A stretch of 54,348 nucleotides of DNA from Patescibacteria group bacterium (lineage in GTDB: Bacteria > Patescibacteriota > Microgenomatia > UBA12405). The DNA lies in contig JBBTXE010000001.1 of the NCBI GenBank assembly GCA_038062455.1, positions 316,371 through 370,718 on the forward strand, given 5' to 3'. The position numbers and the translations under genes were made by a program. This document shows positions 1-9,589 of the stretch, in pieces (positions within the stretch are counted from its first letter, which is position 1; each line of letters begins with the position of its first letter). The notes below the pieces were generated by a model that saw nothing but the letters and a program-made list of their open reading frames with translations, was not told the DNA's origin and did no database searches.

Positions 1-903
1 ATTCATACCAGTTTCATTAACAGCTCCTCACCCCTCCTCTCGCCTTTTTATGATCTGGCAGTCGAAAACTTTAATTTTGCCAAATTCGATTTGGTTATCA
101 GTACCACCACTAATGTCGGCCATTCTCTGTTAACCCCGCCCCAAAGTCTTTTTATCTGCTATTACCACAATCTCAACCGTCATCTCTACCAAAATCAAAA
201 CATTCTCCTGTCTCCTCTCCTTAAATTTTACCAAAAAATTGACTATATTTACGCCCGCCGTCCCGACTACTCAATCTGTAATTCTCAAACAGTCAAAAAA
301 CGTTTAGCCAAAATTCTAAAAATTTCGGCCAAAGTAATTCACCCCGGCATTGATACCCAATTTTTCACCCCGGGGTCTTTAAAACCGCAAAACTATTTTT
401 TAATTGTCAACCGTTTAGTTCCTCACAAAAAAATCGACTATGCCATCAGAACCTTTCAAAAAATGCCTTTCACCTTAAAAATTGTCGGCGCCGGCCGCGA
501 TCTCCCCCGGCTAAAAAACATTGCCTCCTCCTCTAATAACATTGAATTTTTGGGTCAGGTTTCAGAGAAAAAACTCCGTCAGCTCTACCAAGACTGCCTG
601 GCTCTAATTTCTCCTCAACTTGAGGATTTTGGACTTGCCTCTTTGGAAGTTCAAGCCTGCGGTCGACCGGTTATTGGGTATAAAAAAGGTGGAAATTCCG
701 AAACAATCATCGACCATAAAAGCGGCATTCTCTACCCCTATCAAAATCCTTCCTCCTTAACCGAAGCTATTAAACGGTTTTATAACTCAAAGTTAAATCC
801 CGCCAATTGTCGTCAAAATTCAGAAAATTTTAGTCGTCAATCATTTATGCTAAACTTTAAAAAAGAGATTTTATCCCTATGTCAAACGAAAAAAATCATC
901 TGA
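1..903 (+). CDS. Glycosyltransferase family 4 (GT-B), 5'-partial
   Basis: Frame 1 is open from base 1 (IHTSFINS...DLVIS). GT4 motifs include VNRLVPHKKID and EDFGLASLEVQACGRPVIG. Confidence 0.9.
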   Translation: MHTSFINSSSPLLSPFYDLAVENFNFAKFDLVISTTTNVGHSLLTPPQSLFICYYHNLNRHLYQNQNILLSPLLKFYQKIDYIYARRPDYSICNSQTVKKRLAKILKISAKVIHPGIDTQFFTPGSLKPQNYFLIVNRLVPHKKIDYAIRTFQKMPFTLKIVGAGRDLPRLKNIASSSNNIEFLGQVSEKKLRQLYQDCLALISPQLEDFGLASLEVQACGRPVIGYKKGGNSETIIDHKSGILYPYQNPSSLTEAIKRFYNSKLNPANCRQNSENFSRQSFMLNFKKEILSLCQTKKII

Positions 904-1979
904 TTGTTATCCTCTGCGGCGGCACCGGACCAAGGCTTTGGCCACTATCACGGGCCAATTACCCCAAACAATTTCTTAAGATATTTTCGGATAATTCTAT
1001 CCTTAAAGAAACAGTTCTCCGTGCCCGCAAAATTGTTAATCCTAATCAGGTATTTTTAATCAGTAATCAAAAATACCTGCCCCTCATCAAAAAAGATTTA
1101 GACAATTTAATCGATTCAAAAAATATTTTTCTTGAGCCGGACAAAAAAAACACTACCGCCGCCATTATTTTTACTTTAGCCAAACTCTGGTCAAAACACC
1201 CGGAGGCCATTGTTAGCTTTCTTCCATCAGATCACTTCATTCCCACCCTGTCAAAATTTTCATCTGATATAAACAAATGTTTTTCAATTGCTTCTGATTC
1301 TGACAACCTGGTAGCCATCGGAATCAAAGCTACCAGTCCCAACCCATCCTACGGTTACCTGCTTCCTCAAAAAAAAATAAATCACTTTTATTCAGTCCGT
1401 AAGTTTATCGAAAAACCAAATAGTTCCAACGCCTTAAAGTTAATCATCCATGGAGCCAAGTGGAACTCGGGTATTTATACTGCCAAGATCATTACCTTTA
1501 TCAACGAAATCAAAACCCATCAACCCGGTTTTTACCAACTTTTTATAAAACTTATAAGTGACCCGGACAACTCTGCTAATATAAAAAAGCTTTACCAAAA
1601 CGCCCCCGCCCTTCCTTTTGATCGGGCTATTTCCGAAAAAACTAAAAAACTCATTTATCTTCCCGCCTCCTTTGTTTGGATTGACATTGGCGAGTGGAAA
1701 TCTATCTATTCGAAGCTCCCGAAACTTAACAAAAACTTTGCTGTTCTCAAAAAAAATACCCAATTTTTAGAAGTCAATTCCGGTTCTTGTCTTATTTCCG
1801 GACCGGAAAACAAACTCATTGGTCTTGTCGGCGTTAAAAATTTGGCTATTATTGACACCCCTGATGCCTTACTAATCTGCAATCTTACCCACAATGATTG
1901 TTTTAATGTTCGGGATTTGGTAAAAAAAATTACTTCAAACCCCCATCTTATAAAATATTTTTCTTCTGATGAATCGTAA
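879..1979 (+). CDS. manC: Mannose-1-phosphate guanylyltransferase, without a C-terminal cupin domain
   Basis: ILCGGTGPRLWPLSRANYPKQF, EPDKKNTTAAI, PSDH, FIEKP, WNSGIY, WIDIGEW motifs. Confidence 0.9.
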   Translation: MSNEKNHLIVILCGGTGPRLWPLSRANYPKQFLKIFSDNSILKETVLRARKIVNPNQVFLISNQKYLPLIKKDLDNLIDSKNIFLEPDKKNTTAAIIFTLAKLWSKHPEAIVSFLPSDHFIPTLSKFSSDINKCFSIASDSDNLVAIGIKATSPNPSYGYLLPQKKINHFYSVRKFIEKPNSSNALKLIIHGAKWNSGIYTAKIITFINEIKTHQPGFYQLFIKLISDPDNSANIKKLYQNAPALPFDRAISEKTKKLIYLPASFVWIDIGEWKSIYSKLPKLNKNFAVLKKNTQFLEVNSGSCLISGPENKLIGLVGVKNLAIIDTPDALLICNLTHNDCFNVRDLVKKITSNPHLIKYFSSDES

Positions 1980-2634
1980 ACTTTCTTTTTATCCTCCGAT
2001 TCACCTATTTATTTTTAACCTGACTAAACGTTTTATCGATTTCTTTGGATCGCTTTTCTTGATAATCATTTTTTCCCCACTAATGCTTATCACCACCGTT
2101 CTGATTAAAATATCCTCTCCGGGTCCAATCATCTTTCTTCAAAAAAGAGTTGGCCGAAACAAGGAATTTTATATGTATAAATTCCGTTCAATGTATGTTG
2201 GCGACATGGATAAATTTCTAAAAGATAAATACCCGTATCTTTGGAAAAAGTACAAAAAAAGCGACTGGAAACTACCGGCCGGTGAAGATCCCCGGATTAC
2301 TCCCATTGGTAAAATTATCCGAGCCACTTCAATTGATGAAATGCCCCAATTTTTAAATGTTCTTAAAGGCGAAATGAGCTTGGTTGGCCCCCGGGCTTAC
2401 CGCGATGAAGAGTTAAAAGAATATGCCCAAAAATACCCCAATACCTTCAAATATATCCGTGATATCCGGTCGGTCAAGCCGGGGATTACCGGCCCTTGGC
2501 AAGTTTCCGGCCGAAACGACCTGCCCTTTGAAAAAAGGGCCCGTCTTGATTCCGATTACATCCGTCATCGCTCTCTTTTTAAAGAAATTGTCATTATTAT
2601 AAAAACACCGCTTGCCATGCTCTCCGGCTGGTGA
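1969..2634 (+). CDS. Priming sugar transferase (WbaP/WcaJ C-terminal type)
   Basis: KRFIDF, QKRVG, FYMYKFRSM, DPRITPIGKIIRATSIDEMPQFLNVLKGEMSLVGPR, KPGITGPWQVSGR. Confidence 0.92.
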   Translation: MNRKLSFYPPIHLFIFNLTKRFIDFFGSLFLIIIFSPLMLITTVLIKISSPGPIIFLQKRVGRNKEFYMYKFRSMYVGDMDKFLKDKYPYLWKKYKKSDWKLPAGEDPRITPIGKIIRATSIDEMPQFLNVLKGEMSLVGPRAYRDEELKEYAQKYPNTFKYIRDIRSVKPGITGPWQVSGRNDLPFEKRARLDSDYIRHRSLFKEIVIIIKTPLAMLSGW

Positions 2635-2651
2635 ATATGCTAGACTAAATT

Positions 2652-4559
2652 ATGGAACTGCCACCTTCAATCTCCCCTCATCCAACACCTCCAGCGCCCC
2701 AAAAAACACCCCTCATCTTACTACTTTCTCTTATCATCTGTTTTCTCTTCGGCTTTTTTCTTATCTATCTTCCCGGAAAAAACCTTTTGGCACTAGCGTT
2801 AACTACTAAAATAGAAACCGAAAAACTAAAGACCTCTATTGCCGACAAAGATATTGCCCAGGCTCAAACCATTATTAACAATCTGAAAGGTCAACTCTCG
2901 GTAATTGATGCCAAATTCAAAAAACTGTCCTACCTCAAACCCCTGCCCTACTTTAAAAACTATTATCATGATGGCGGGCAACTAATTTCCATAGCCCGTG
3001 ACAGTTTGGATACAGGAACTATCGTTATTGAAGCCATCAAACCTTATCAGGATTTTCTTGGTTTAAAAGGAGCCGCCACCAGCAGTGCCAAAACCACCGA
3101 GGACCGGATTGCCTTTCTCACCCAATCAATTGAAGGTTTACTGCCCCATCTTGATCTGATTGAAAAGAAAATATCAAACATTGATGATTCGCTCAATAGT
3201 ATTGATATCAACCGCTATCCGGAAAAATTCAAAGATTTCCCCCTTCATCAAACTTTTAATCAGGGCCGGGAACTAACCAACGGGATCAAAAAATTGGTCA
3301 CCGACGGCAAACCGATTTTATCTAAAACTTCCTGGCTGCTTGGTAAAGATAAACCCCGAAACTATCTGGTTATCTTTCAAAACGACGGCGAACTTAGACC
3401 CAGTGGCGGTTTTTGGACTGCCTATACTACCGTTAAAATTGATAACGGAAAAGTAATTCCTGGTTCTGCCAGCAATATCTACGACCTAGACGACAAACTC
3501 CAAAGCACAACTCCAGCCCCCCGCCTAATTAAGTCTTACCATATCAATGTTCCTTATCTCAATCTTCGTGACAGCAATCTATCTCCCGATTTCCCCGTCG
3601 ATGCTCAAATTTTTCTTGACGCCTACTATAAAGCCATGGGAAAAAGTACTAAATTTGATGCCGTTGTGGCTCTCGACACCAACGTCTTAGTTGATCTTGT
3701 TTCGGTTCTGGGAAAACTTGACACTAGAGTCGGCACCTTTACTACCGACCCCGACAAACGTTGTGACGGCTGTCCTAAAATAATTTATGATCTGGAATGG
3801 ATTTCCGGCCGTCCCCGCAACTTTATTGAAAAAAACCGAAAAGACTTTATGGGACCGGTTATGCAAGCCCTTTTGGCCAACGCCATGGGTTCGGAAAAAA
3901 ACAAAATCCCTCTATTGGCCGAAGCTTTTATTAATAATGTCTTTCAAAAACACATTCTCTTCTTCTTCCCTGATTCCGAAATGCAGACAGCCGCCGTATT
4001 GGCCAATATCGCCGGAAATATAGTCCAAACCGATTCCAACACTGATTATCTTCATCTCAACGATGCCAACTTTGCCAGTGCTAAAAGTAACATTTTTATC
4101 CGTCAAAAAATTAAGCACGAAATATCCGTCAAAAATAATCAAGTTGAGCATAAAATTTCAATTACTTACACCAATCCCAGTCCGGCTTCAAACTGTAATC
4201 TGGAAAAAGGCGACCTCTGTCTCAACGCCCCCAAATACCGTGATCTTTTCCGCTTCTATGTTCCGCTAGGTAGTCAATTAATTAAAATGACCGGATCTGA
4301 AATTGAAACCTTATCTTATGAAGAATTGGGCAAACAAGTCTTTGAGGGTTTTTACGGCGACAAATATCCTCTCTATGCCAAATCCAGTTCCAAAGTTACT
4401 CTTCAATATTTAAGCAATGTCAAAGCCTCCAAAAACTATACTCTTTATCTCCAAAAACAACCGGGTACTAAAGGAATTGAATACGAACTCTACCTCAATG
4501 GAAAAATTGCCGAATCCTTTGAATGGTTAACCGACAAAACCATCAAATTATCTCTGTGA
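2652..4559 (+). CDS. DUF4012-like membrane-anchored protein
   Basis: N-terminal TM helix and helical region, then YLVIFQNDGELRPSGGF, RDSNLSPDFP and QKQPG motifs typical of DUF4012 proteins beside glycan loci. Confidence 0.75.
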   Translation: MELPPSISPHPTPPAPQKTPLILLLSLIICFLFGFFLIYLPGKNLLALALTTKIETEKLKTSIADKDIAQAQTIINNLKGQLSVIDAKFKKLSYLKPLPYFKNYYHDGGQLISIARDSLDTGTIVIEAIKPYQDFLGLKGAATSSAKTTEDRIAFLTQSIEGLLPHLDLIEKKISNIDDSLNSIDINRYPEKFKDFPLHQTFNQGRELTNGIKKLVTDGKPILSKTSWLLGKDKPRNYLVIFQNDGELRPSGGFWTAYTTVKIDNGKVIPGSASNIYDLDDKLQSTTPAPRLIKSYHINVPYLNLRDSNLSPDFPVDAQIFLDAYYKAMGKSTKFDAVVALDTNVLVDLVSVLGKLDTRVGTFTTDPDKRCDGCPKIIYDLEWISGRPRNFIEKNRKDFMGPVMQALLANAMGSEKNKIPLLAEAFINNVFQKHILFFFPDSEMQTAAVLANIAGNIVQTDSNTDYLHLNDANFASAKSNIFIRQKIKHEISVKNNQVEHKISITYTNPSPASNCNLEKGDLCLNAPKYRDLFRFYVPLGSQLIKMTGSEIETLSYEELGKQVFEGFYGDKYPLYAKSSSKVTLQYLSNVKASKNYTLYLQKQPGTKGIEYELYLNGKIAESFEWLTDKTIKLSL

Positions 4560-5128
4560 TGTCCCCATCTTTCACCACCGAAGCCATTGTCGTCAATCTC
4601 CAAAATCGGGGTGAAAAAGATATTCTGGTCACTCTTTTAACCCCAAATCACGGCAAAATCTTTGTTAAAGCCGCCGGAGTTAAATCTATCAAAAGTTCCC
4701 GCGGAGCCAATCTCCAGCTAGGAAATATCGCCAAAATAAGTCTTCGCCAAAACAACGGCATATATTGGCTATCCGAATGTTTGGCCACCGATTCCTTTCT
4801 TTTCCATAAAAAAAAACTAATTCAATTAAATCTACTGTTTTATTTCCTGGAAATTGTCAAAAACTTTACTCCCGAAAATGAAAGTTCACCTAAAATCTTT
4901 TTTCTAGCCAAAGAAATAATTACCAACCTCTCTTCCGACCACCTGGTTCCTTTTATTTCCCGTCAAATCGATTTTTTAGAAGCCCTCGGTTTTGGTATTC
5001 CCGACAACATTAGACAAAATCTCACTCTCAAAAAATATCATCTGGTTCAAAAGGACCTGATCTCTTATTTTGAGAATATTTTGGAAAAACCTCTTCAAAG
5101 TAAACGGCTTCTGGCTGATAATATATAA
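4559..5128 (+). CDS. recO: DNA repair protein RecO (short form)
   Basis: TEAIVV...GEKDILVTLLTPNHGKI...AAGVKSIKSSRG OB-fold N-terminus. ATG at 4559 overlaps the upstream TGA; located before glyQS. Confidence 0.8.
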   Translation: MSPSFTTEAIVVNLQNRGEKDILVTLLTPNHGKIFVKAAGVKSIKSSRGANLQLGNIAKISLRQNNGIYWLSECLATDSFLFHKKKLIQLNLLFYFLEIVKNFTPENESSPKIFFLAKEIITNLSSDHLVPFISRQIDFLEALGFGIPDNIRQNLTLKKYHLVQKDLISYFENILEKPLQSKRLLADNI

Positions 5129-5134
5129 TTACCT

Positions 5135-6454
5135 ATGGCTATTGATTCCGACAACGATTTAACCGCCAAAATTGTTTCCCTTTGCAAACGTCGGGGGATA
5201 ATTTATCAAAATAGTGAGATCTACGGCGGCATCCAGGGTTTCTACGACTATGGTCCAATTGGATCTCTAATGAAAAATAATTGGAAAAACCTCTGGATCC
5301 GCGACAATGTTACCCGCCGCGACGATGTGGTTTTAATCGACGGATCAATTATTACTCACCCGAAAGTTTGGGAGGCATCGGGACATGTTAAAAATTTCGC
5401 TGATGCTCTGGTTGAATGCAAATCATGTCACCAACGGTTCCGGCCGGATTTAATTAATAACGCTAAAAAGTGCCCCGAATGTAACGGTGTTCTTACTAAA
5501 GCCCGCCAATATAACCTCCTTTTCCAAACCGAAATCGGAGTGATTGAAGGCGAAAAAATCCCGGCCTATCTTCGGGGTGAAGCCTGTCAAACCATTTATC
5601 TTGATTTTAAAAACATCATTGACTCCACCCGAGTCAAAATCCCCTTTGGTGTTGCCCAAATTGGCAAAGCCTTTCGAAATGAAATTACTCCCAAAAACTT
5701 TATTTATCGTACCCGCGAATTTGAACAATGGGATATCCAGTTCTTTGTCCATCCCGATGATATGGATAAATGGTATGAATACTGGAAAAAACAAAGATTT
5801 TCCTGGTATCAACAACTTTTTAACCAAAAGAAAAATCTTCGGCTCCGTCAACACCAACAAAATGAATTGGTTTTTTACACCCAAAAAGCCTATGATATTG
5901 AATTCAATTCCCCCTGGGGTTGGGCCGAAATGGAGGGAATTCATTGGCGGGGAGATTATGACCTAACCCAACACTCTAAATTCAGCGGCCAGAATCTTTC
6001 CTACACTGATCCTCAAACTCACAAAAAATATCTCCCCTATATTACTGAAACCTCCGGCGGTGTCGACCGTTCCTTTTTCTTTTTACTTCTTGATGCCTAT
6101 CAGGAAGATAAAACCGACCAGGGTGAAATCAGGATTTGGCTAAAAATTAATCCTCAAATTTCTGCCTACAAAATGGCTATATTTCCTCTCGCCAGCAACA
6201 AACCAGAGTTAGTTAACAAGGCCCGATCGATTTATAAAAAACTTCAAAACAAATATTCGGTTGATTTCGACGATAGCAGCAATATTGGTAAAAAATATCG
6301 TCGCCATGACGAAATTGGTACCCCCTGGTGTCTGGTGGTTGACTATCAAAGTCTGGTGGATAATACCGTTACTATTCGCGACCGGGACTCCATGACCCAA
6401 ATCCGTCTGGATATCAAAAAAATTGACTCTTGGTTGCGAAAAAAGTTAAACTAA
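5135..6454 (+). CDS. glyQS: Glycine--tRNA ligase, alpha2 type
   Basis: KIVSLCKRRG, YDYGPIG, YLRGEACQ, AQIGKAFRNEITP, RTREFEQ, ETSGGVDR, IGKKYRRHDEIGTP. Confidence 0.95.
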   Translation: MAIDSDNDLTAKIVSLCKRRGIIYQNSEIYGGIQGFYDYGPIGSLMKNNWKNLWIRDNVTRRDDVVLIDGSIITHPKVWEASGHVKNFADALVECKSCHQRFRPDLINNAKKCPECNGVLTKARQYNLLFQTEIGVIEGEKIPAYLRGEACQTIYLDFKNIIDSTRVKIPFGVAQIGKAFRNEITPKNFIYRTREFEQWDIQFFVHPDDMDKWYEYWKKQRFSWYQQLFNQKKNLRLRQHQQNELVFYTQKAYDIEFNSPWGWAEMEGIHWRGDYDLTQHSKFSGQNLSYTDPQTHKKYLPYITETSGGVDRSFFFLLLDAYQEDKTDQGEIRIWLKINPQISAYKMAIFPLASNKPELVNKARSIYKKLQNKYSVDFDDSSNIGKKYRRHDEIGTPWCLVVDYQSLVDNTVTIRDRDSMTQIRLDIKKIDSWLRKKLN

Positions 6455-6457
6455 CCG

Positions 6458-6955
6458 ATGAAAAAAATATTCACTCTGATTTTATTACCCTCCCTATTTC
6501 TTTCTGCTTGCGGTAAAACTCAAACTTTACCGGAACCTACCCCAACTCCGGTGCCCCGGGAATACGTCTTAACTGAAACAGATAAACCTCAAGCTAGCCT
6601 CATTCCCCGTAGCGATGGTCACGAACTTACTCTCAAAATCACCGGAATAAAGCCTGTTTTTGCCAAAATCGAATACGAACTTGTTTACACCGCCAGTGAT
6701 CAGGGTCTGGAAATCGAAAAAGGGGTTAGCGGCATTGCCGAATCTAAAGACATTGTCGCTGGAAAATTTGAACGAAAAATACTTCTAGGCACCGAAAGCT
6801 GTACTAATGGTTGTAAATATAAATATGATACCGGTGTTAATGGCGGCACTCTTAATTTGACTCTGATAACCCCAGACCATCAGGTAGCCTCAATGGCCTT
6901 GCCTTTTACCCTTAGCCTGGTCAAATCCAAGGGCTACACTATCACCTGGAAATAA
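6458..6955 (+). CDS. Putative lipoprotein
   Basis: Signal peptide MKKIFTLILLPSLFLSAC with an LSAC lipobox, followed by a PTPTP linker. Confidence 0.65.
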   Translation: MKKIFTLILLPSLFLSACGKTQTLPEPTPTPVPREYVLTETDKPQASLIPRSDGHELTLKITGIKPVFAKIEYELVYTASDQGLEIEKGVSGIAESKDIVAGKFERKILLGTESCTNGCKYKYDTGVNGGTLNLTLITPDHQVASMALPFTLSLVKSKGYTITWK

Positions 6956-7821
6956 TGATCTTTCACCAACCTGTCCTTCTCAATGAAGTTGTTAAACTTT
7001 TAAATCCCCGAAAAGGTGATATTTTTTTTGACGCCACTCTTGGTCATGGCGGCCACACAATTTCCCTTCTTCGGCATGAAGCCACAGTTTTCGGCCTCGA
7101 CGCTGATAAAAATAACCTAACTTTTGCCACCCAAAGAATTGCCAAACTTAATTTATCTGCCACTTTTCACCCCCTTTGGGGAAATTTTTCCCATCTAAAA
7201 AATATTTGGAAAAAACATATTAATACCCCCCTTGACGGGCTCCTCCTCGATTTGGGTCTTAGTTCTTCTCAACAAAAATCCCTAAACCGGGGCTTTTCTT
7301 TTAATGATCGACTATCTTTGGACATGAGACTGGATACTTCCCACCAAAAAATCACCGCCGCCAAAATCGTCAACACCGCTCCCGAAGAAGAACTCTTTAC
7401 CATTTTTTCCAAAATTTCCCAGGAAAAATACAGTCGACCCCTGGCTCAACGGATTATCCGTCAGCGTCAGCGACAGCCTATTAAATCCAGCTACGATCTA
7501 GCTCAAATTATCCGCTCTTTTTATGATGCCAGGAAAATCAAAAGCCACCATGATCCAGCCACCAAAATATTTATGGCCCTGCGAATTGCTGTCAACAATG
7601 AATTTGCCAACCTCAATAAGGCCCTTCAGGCTTCCCTTGACACCATCAAAACCAATGGTCGGGTCGTTGTTATTACCTTTCATTCCGGGGAAGACCGTTT
7701 GGTGAAGAATTTCATCAGAAATTCCCATCTTAAATCCTTAAAACTATCTCCTTCCAGAAACGAAATAAAAAGCAACCCTCTTTCCCGCTCGGCCATCTTA
7801 AGGTCTTATACTATTAGCTAA
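6955..7821 (+). CDS. rsmH: 16S rRNA m4C1402 methyltransferase
   Basis: HQPVLLNEV, DATLGHGGH, DLGLSS, LDMRLD, ALRIAVNNE, VITFHSGEDRLVK, NPLSRSAILR. Confidence 0.95.
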   Translation: MIFHQPVLLNEVVKLLNPRKGDIFFDATLGHGGHTISLLRHEATVFGLDADKNNLTFATQRIAKLNLSATFHPLWGNFSHLKNIWKKHINTPLDGLLLDLGLSSSQQKSLNRGFSFNDRLSLDMRLDTSHQKITAAKIVNTAPEEELFTIFSKISQEKYSRPLAQRIIRQRQRQPIKSSYDLAQIIRSFYDARKIKSHHDPATKIFMALRIAVNNEFANLNKALQASLDTIKTNGRVVVITFHSGEDRLVKNFIRNSHLKSLKLSPSRNEIKSNPLSRSAILRSYTIS

Positions 7822-8018
7822 TGCCTACCCGACTGCTTCTATCTGCCACTGTTGGTTTAATCGTTTTTCAACTATTATTTTCCTTTTTTTACTCCAGCCA
7901 AATTGTTAAATTCAACCGGGATTTCTCCCTTCTCCAAAAAAAATACCGTGATTTTCTGGATCAAAACCAATCTCTGGAACAAAAATACGTCCAAAAATTT
8001 AGTCTCAACCATGAATGA
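7821..8018 (+). CDS. FtsL-like bitopic cell-division protein
   Basis: 65 aa with a single TM helix and coiled coil, located between rsmH and the PBP gene (the ftsL position). Confidence 0.6.
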   Translation: MPTRLLLSATVGLIVFQLLFSFFYSSQIVKFNRDFSLLQKKYRDFLDQNQSLEQKYVQKFSLNHE

Positions 8019-9576
8019 TGACCGGATAAAAATACTTCAACTTACTATCATTGTTTCATTTTTTGTAGTCATCTTCCGTCTTTTTTACTGGCAAATCTTT
8101 CAGGGACAAACTATTCGAAACCGCCACCAAAATCAAATTTACCAACAAACAAAGGTTCTTCCAAAGCTCGGTCATTTATTAACATCAGATTCTTTTCCTA
8201 TCAGTCTTGATTCCCGTTTTTATCTTTTATCGCTCTATAAACCCAATCTCACTACCCAACTCGATAAGGTTCTGGTTTCTATAGAAAAAATAAAACCTGG
8301 GTTTACTTCAGAATCAGCTAAACAAATTGAGTTTTTCCTCAAACCACATATCAAATGGGTTACTCTGCCTACCAAATTCACTAGTGCTGAAATAAAAAAA
8401 ATCGATCTGCCTGGTATCAGCTTTGAGGAACAAATTACCCGATACTATCCGGAAGGGGATTTGGCCAAGGATTTAATTTTAAATCTTGAATACTATTACA
8501 AACGCAGTCTTTCGGGAAAAATAGGCTTTATTACTTCCCCGATAGACGCTACCGGCCAACCGATATTAAGCCGAAAAAACTGGCACAAAAGTGAAATCGA
8601 CGGGAAAACTATTTCCCTAAGTCTTAACCGTCAAATCCAAACGATTCTGGTTGCTTCTCTCGAAGATGGAATAAAACGTTTCCGGGCTGAAAATGCTACT
8701 GGAATAATTATCAGACCTCAAAGCGGCGAAATCATGGCTATGGCGACTGTTCCTCTGGTGGCCACTCAAAGTATGCCGCTCCGTCCCATTTCTTACCTTT
8801 TTGAACCCGGATCAATTTTCAAACCACTGGTTTTAGCCATGGCCCTAAATGAGGGCAGTGTCGGCCTTGATTTCGTCTGCCCGATCTGCGATAAACCGCG
8901 TATTTACGGCCAATATACTATTAATAACTGGGACGAAAAAACCCACCCCGATTCCACCCTTAAAGATGTCATCAGGAATTCAGACAACATCGCCATGAGC
9001 TATATTATCGAGAAACTGGGACTGGCCACCTTTCAAAAATATTTCCATCAACTTGGTCTTGATCAAAAAACCGGCGTTGACTTGGTGGGGGAATCAATTT
9101 CATTATTAAAAAAATACTGGTCTGATATTGATTTGGCCACCGCTTCATTTGGCCAGGGTTTCGCCGTCAATGAACTCCAAATGCTTCGGGCCTTTAACAC
9201 TCTGGCCAACCTTGGCCAGCTTTCCTCACCTCATCTCAACACCGCCATTCCTTTAAAAGAAAGTCCGGTTTTTTCCACCAATACAGTCGATAGCGTCGTC
9301 GACATTCTCAAATATGCCACCGAATTTGGCGCCGTTGGCAGTTTAAAACCAAAAAATCTTGAAGTCTGCGCCAAAAGCGGCACTGCTCAAGTAGCCATTA
9401 GCGGTCAATATACTGATACCGACGCAGTTGCTTCCTATATCGGTTTTTCTCCCTGCACTAACCCCAAATTCACCATGATAATTACCTTTGATAAACCAAA
9501 AACCTCTTCCTGGGGCTCATCTACCGCCGCCCCGATTTGGTTTGAAATCGCCGCTAAAATCTCCCCTTTGTTATAA
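8011..9576 (+). CDS. ftsI: Class B penicillin-binding protein (FtsI-like)
   Basis: TM anchor, EPGSIFK (SxxK), SDN (SxN), KSGTAQ (KTG). Start taken at ATG 8011. Confidence 0.88.
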   Translation: MNDDRIKILQLTIIVSFFVVIFRLFYWQIFQGQTIRNRHQNQIYQQTKVLPKLGHLLTSDSFPISLDSRFYLLSLYKPNLTTQLDKVLVSIEKIKPGFTSESAKQIEFFLKPHIKWVTLPTKFTSAEIKKIDLPGISFEEQITRYYPEGDLAKDLILNLEYYYKRSLSGKIGFITSPIDATGQPILSRKNWHKSEIDGKTISLSLNRQIQTILVASLEDGIKRFRAENATGIIIRPQSGEIMAMATVPLVATQSMPLRPISYLFEPGSIFKPLVLAMALNEGSVGLDFVCPICDKPRIYGQYTINNWDEKTHPDSTLKDVIRNSDNIAMSYIIEKLGLATFQKYFHQLGLDQKTGVDLVGESISLLKKYWSDIDLATASFGQGFAVNELQMLRAFNTLANLGQLSSPHLNTAIPLKESPVFSTNTVDSVVDILKYATEFGAVGSLKPKNLEVCAKSGTAQVAISGQYTDTDAVASYIGFSPCTNPKFTMIITFDKPKTSSWGSSTAAPIWFEIAAKISPLL

Positions 9577-9577
9577 T
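9569..9577 (+). promoter_or_regulatory. Extended -10 promoter (TGTTATAAT) for murE
   Basis: TGnTATAAT ends 12 nt before ATG 9590. Confidence 0.55.
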
Positions 9578-9589
9578 AAATCACGCCCT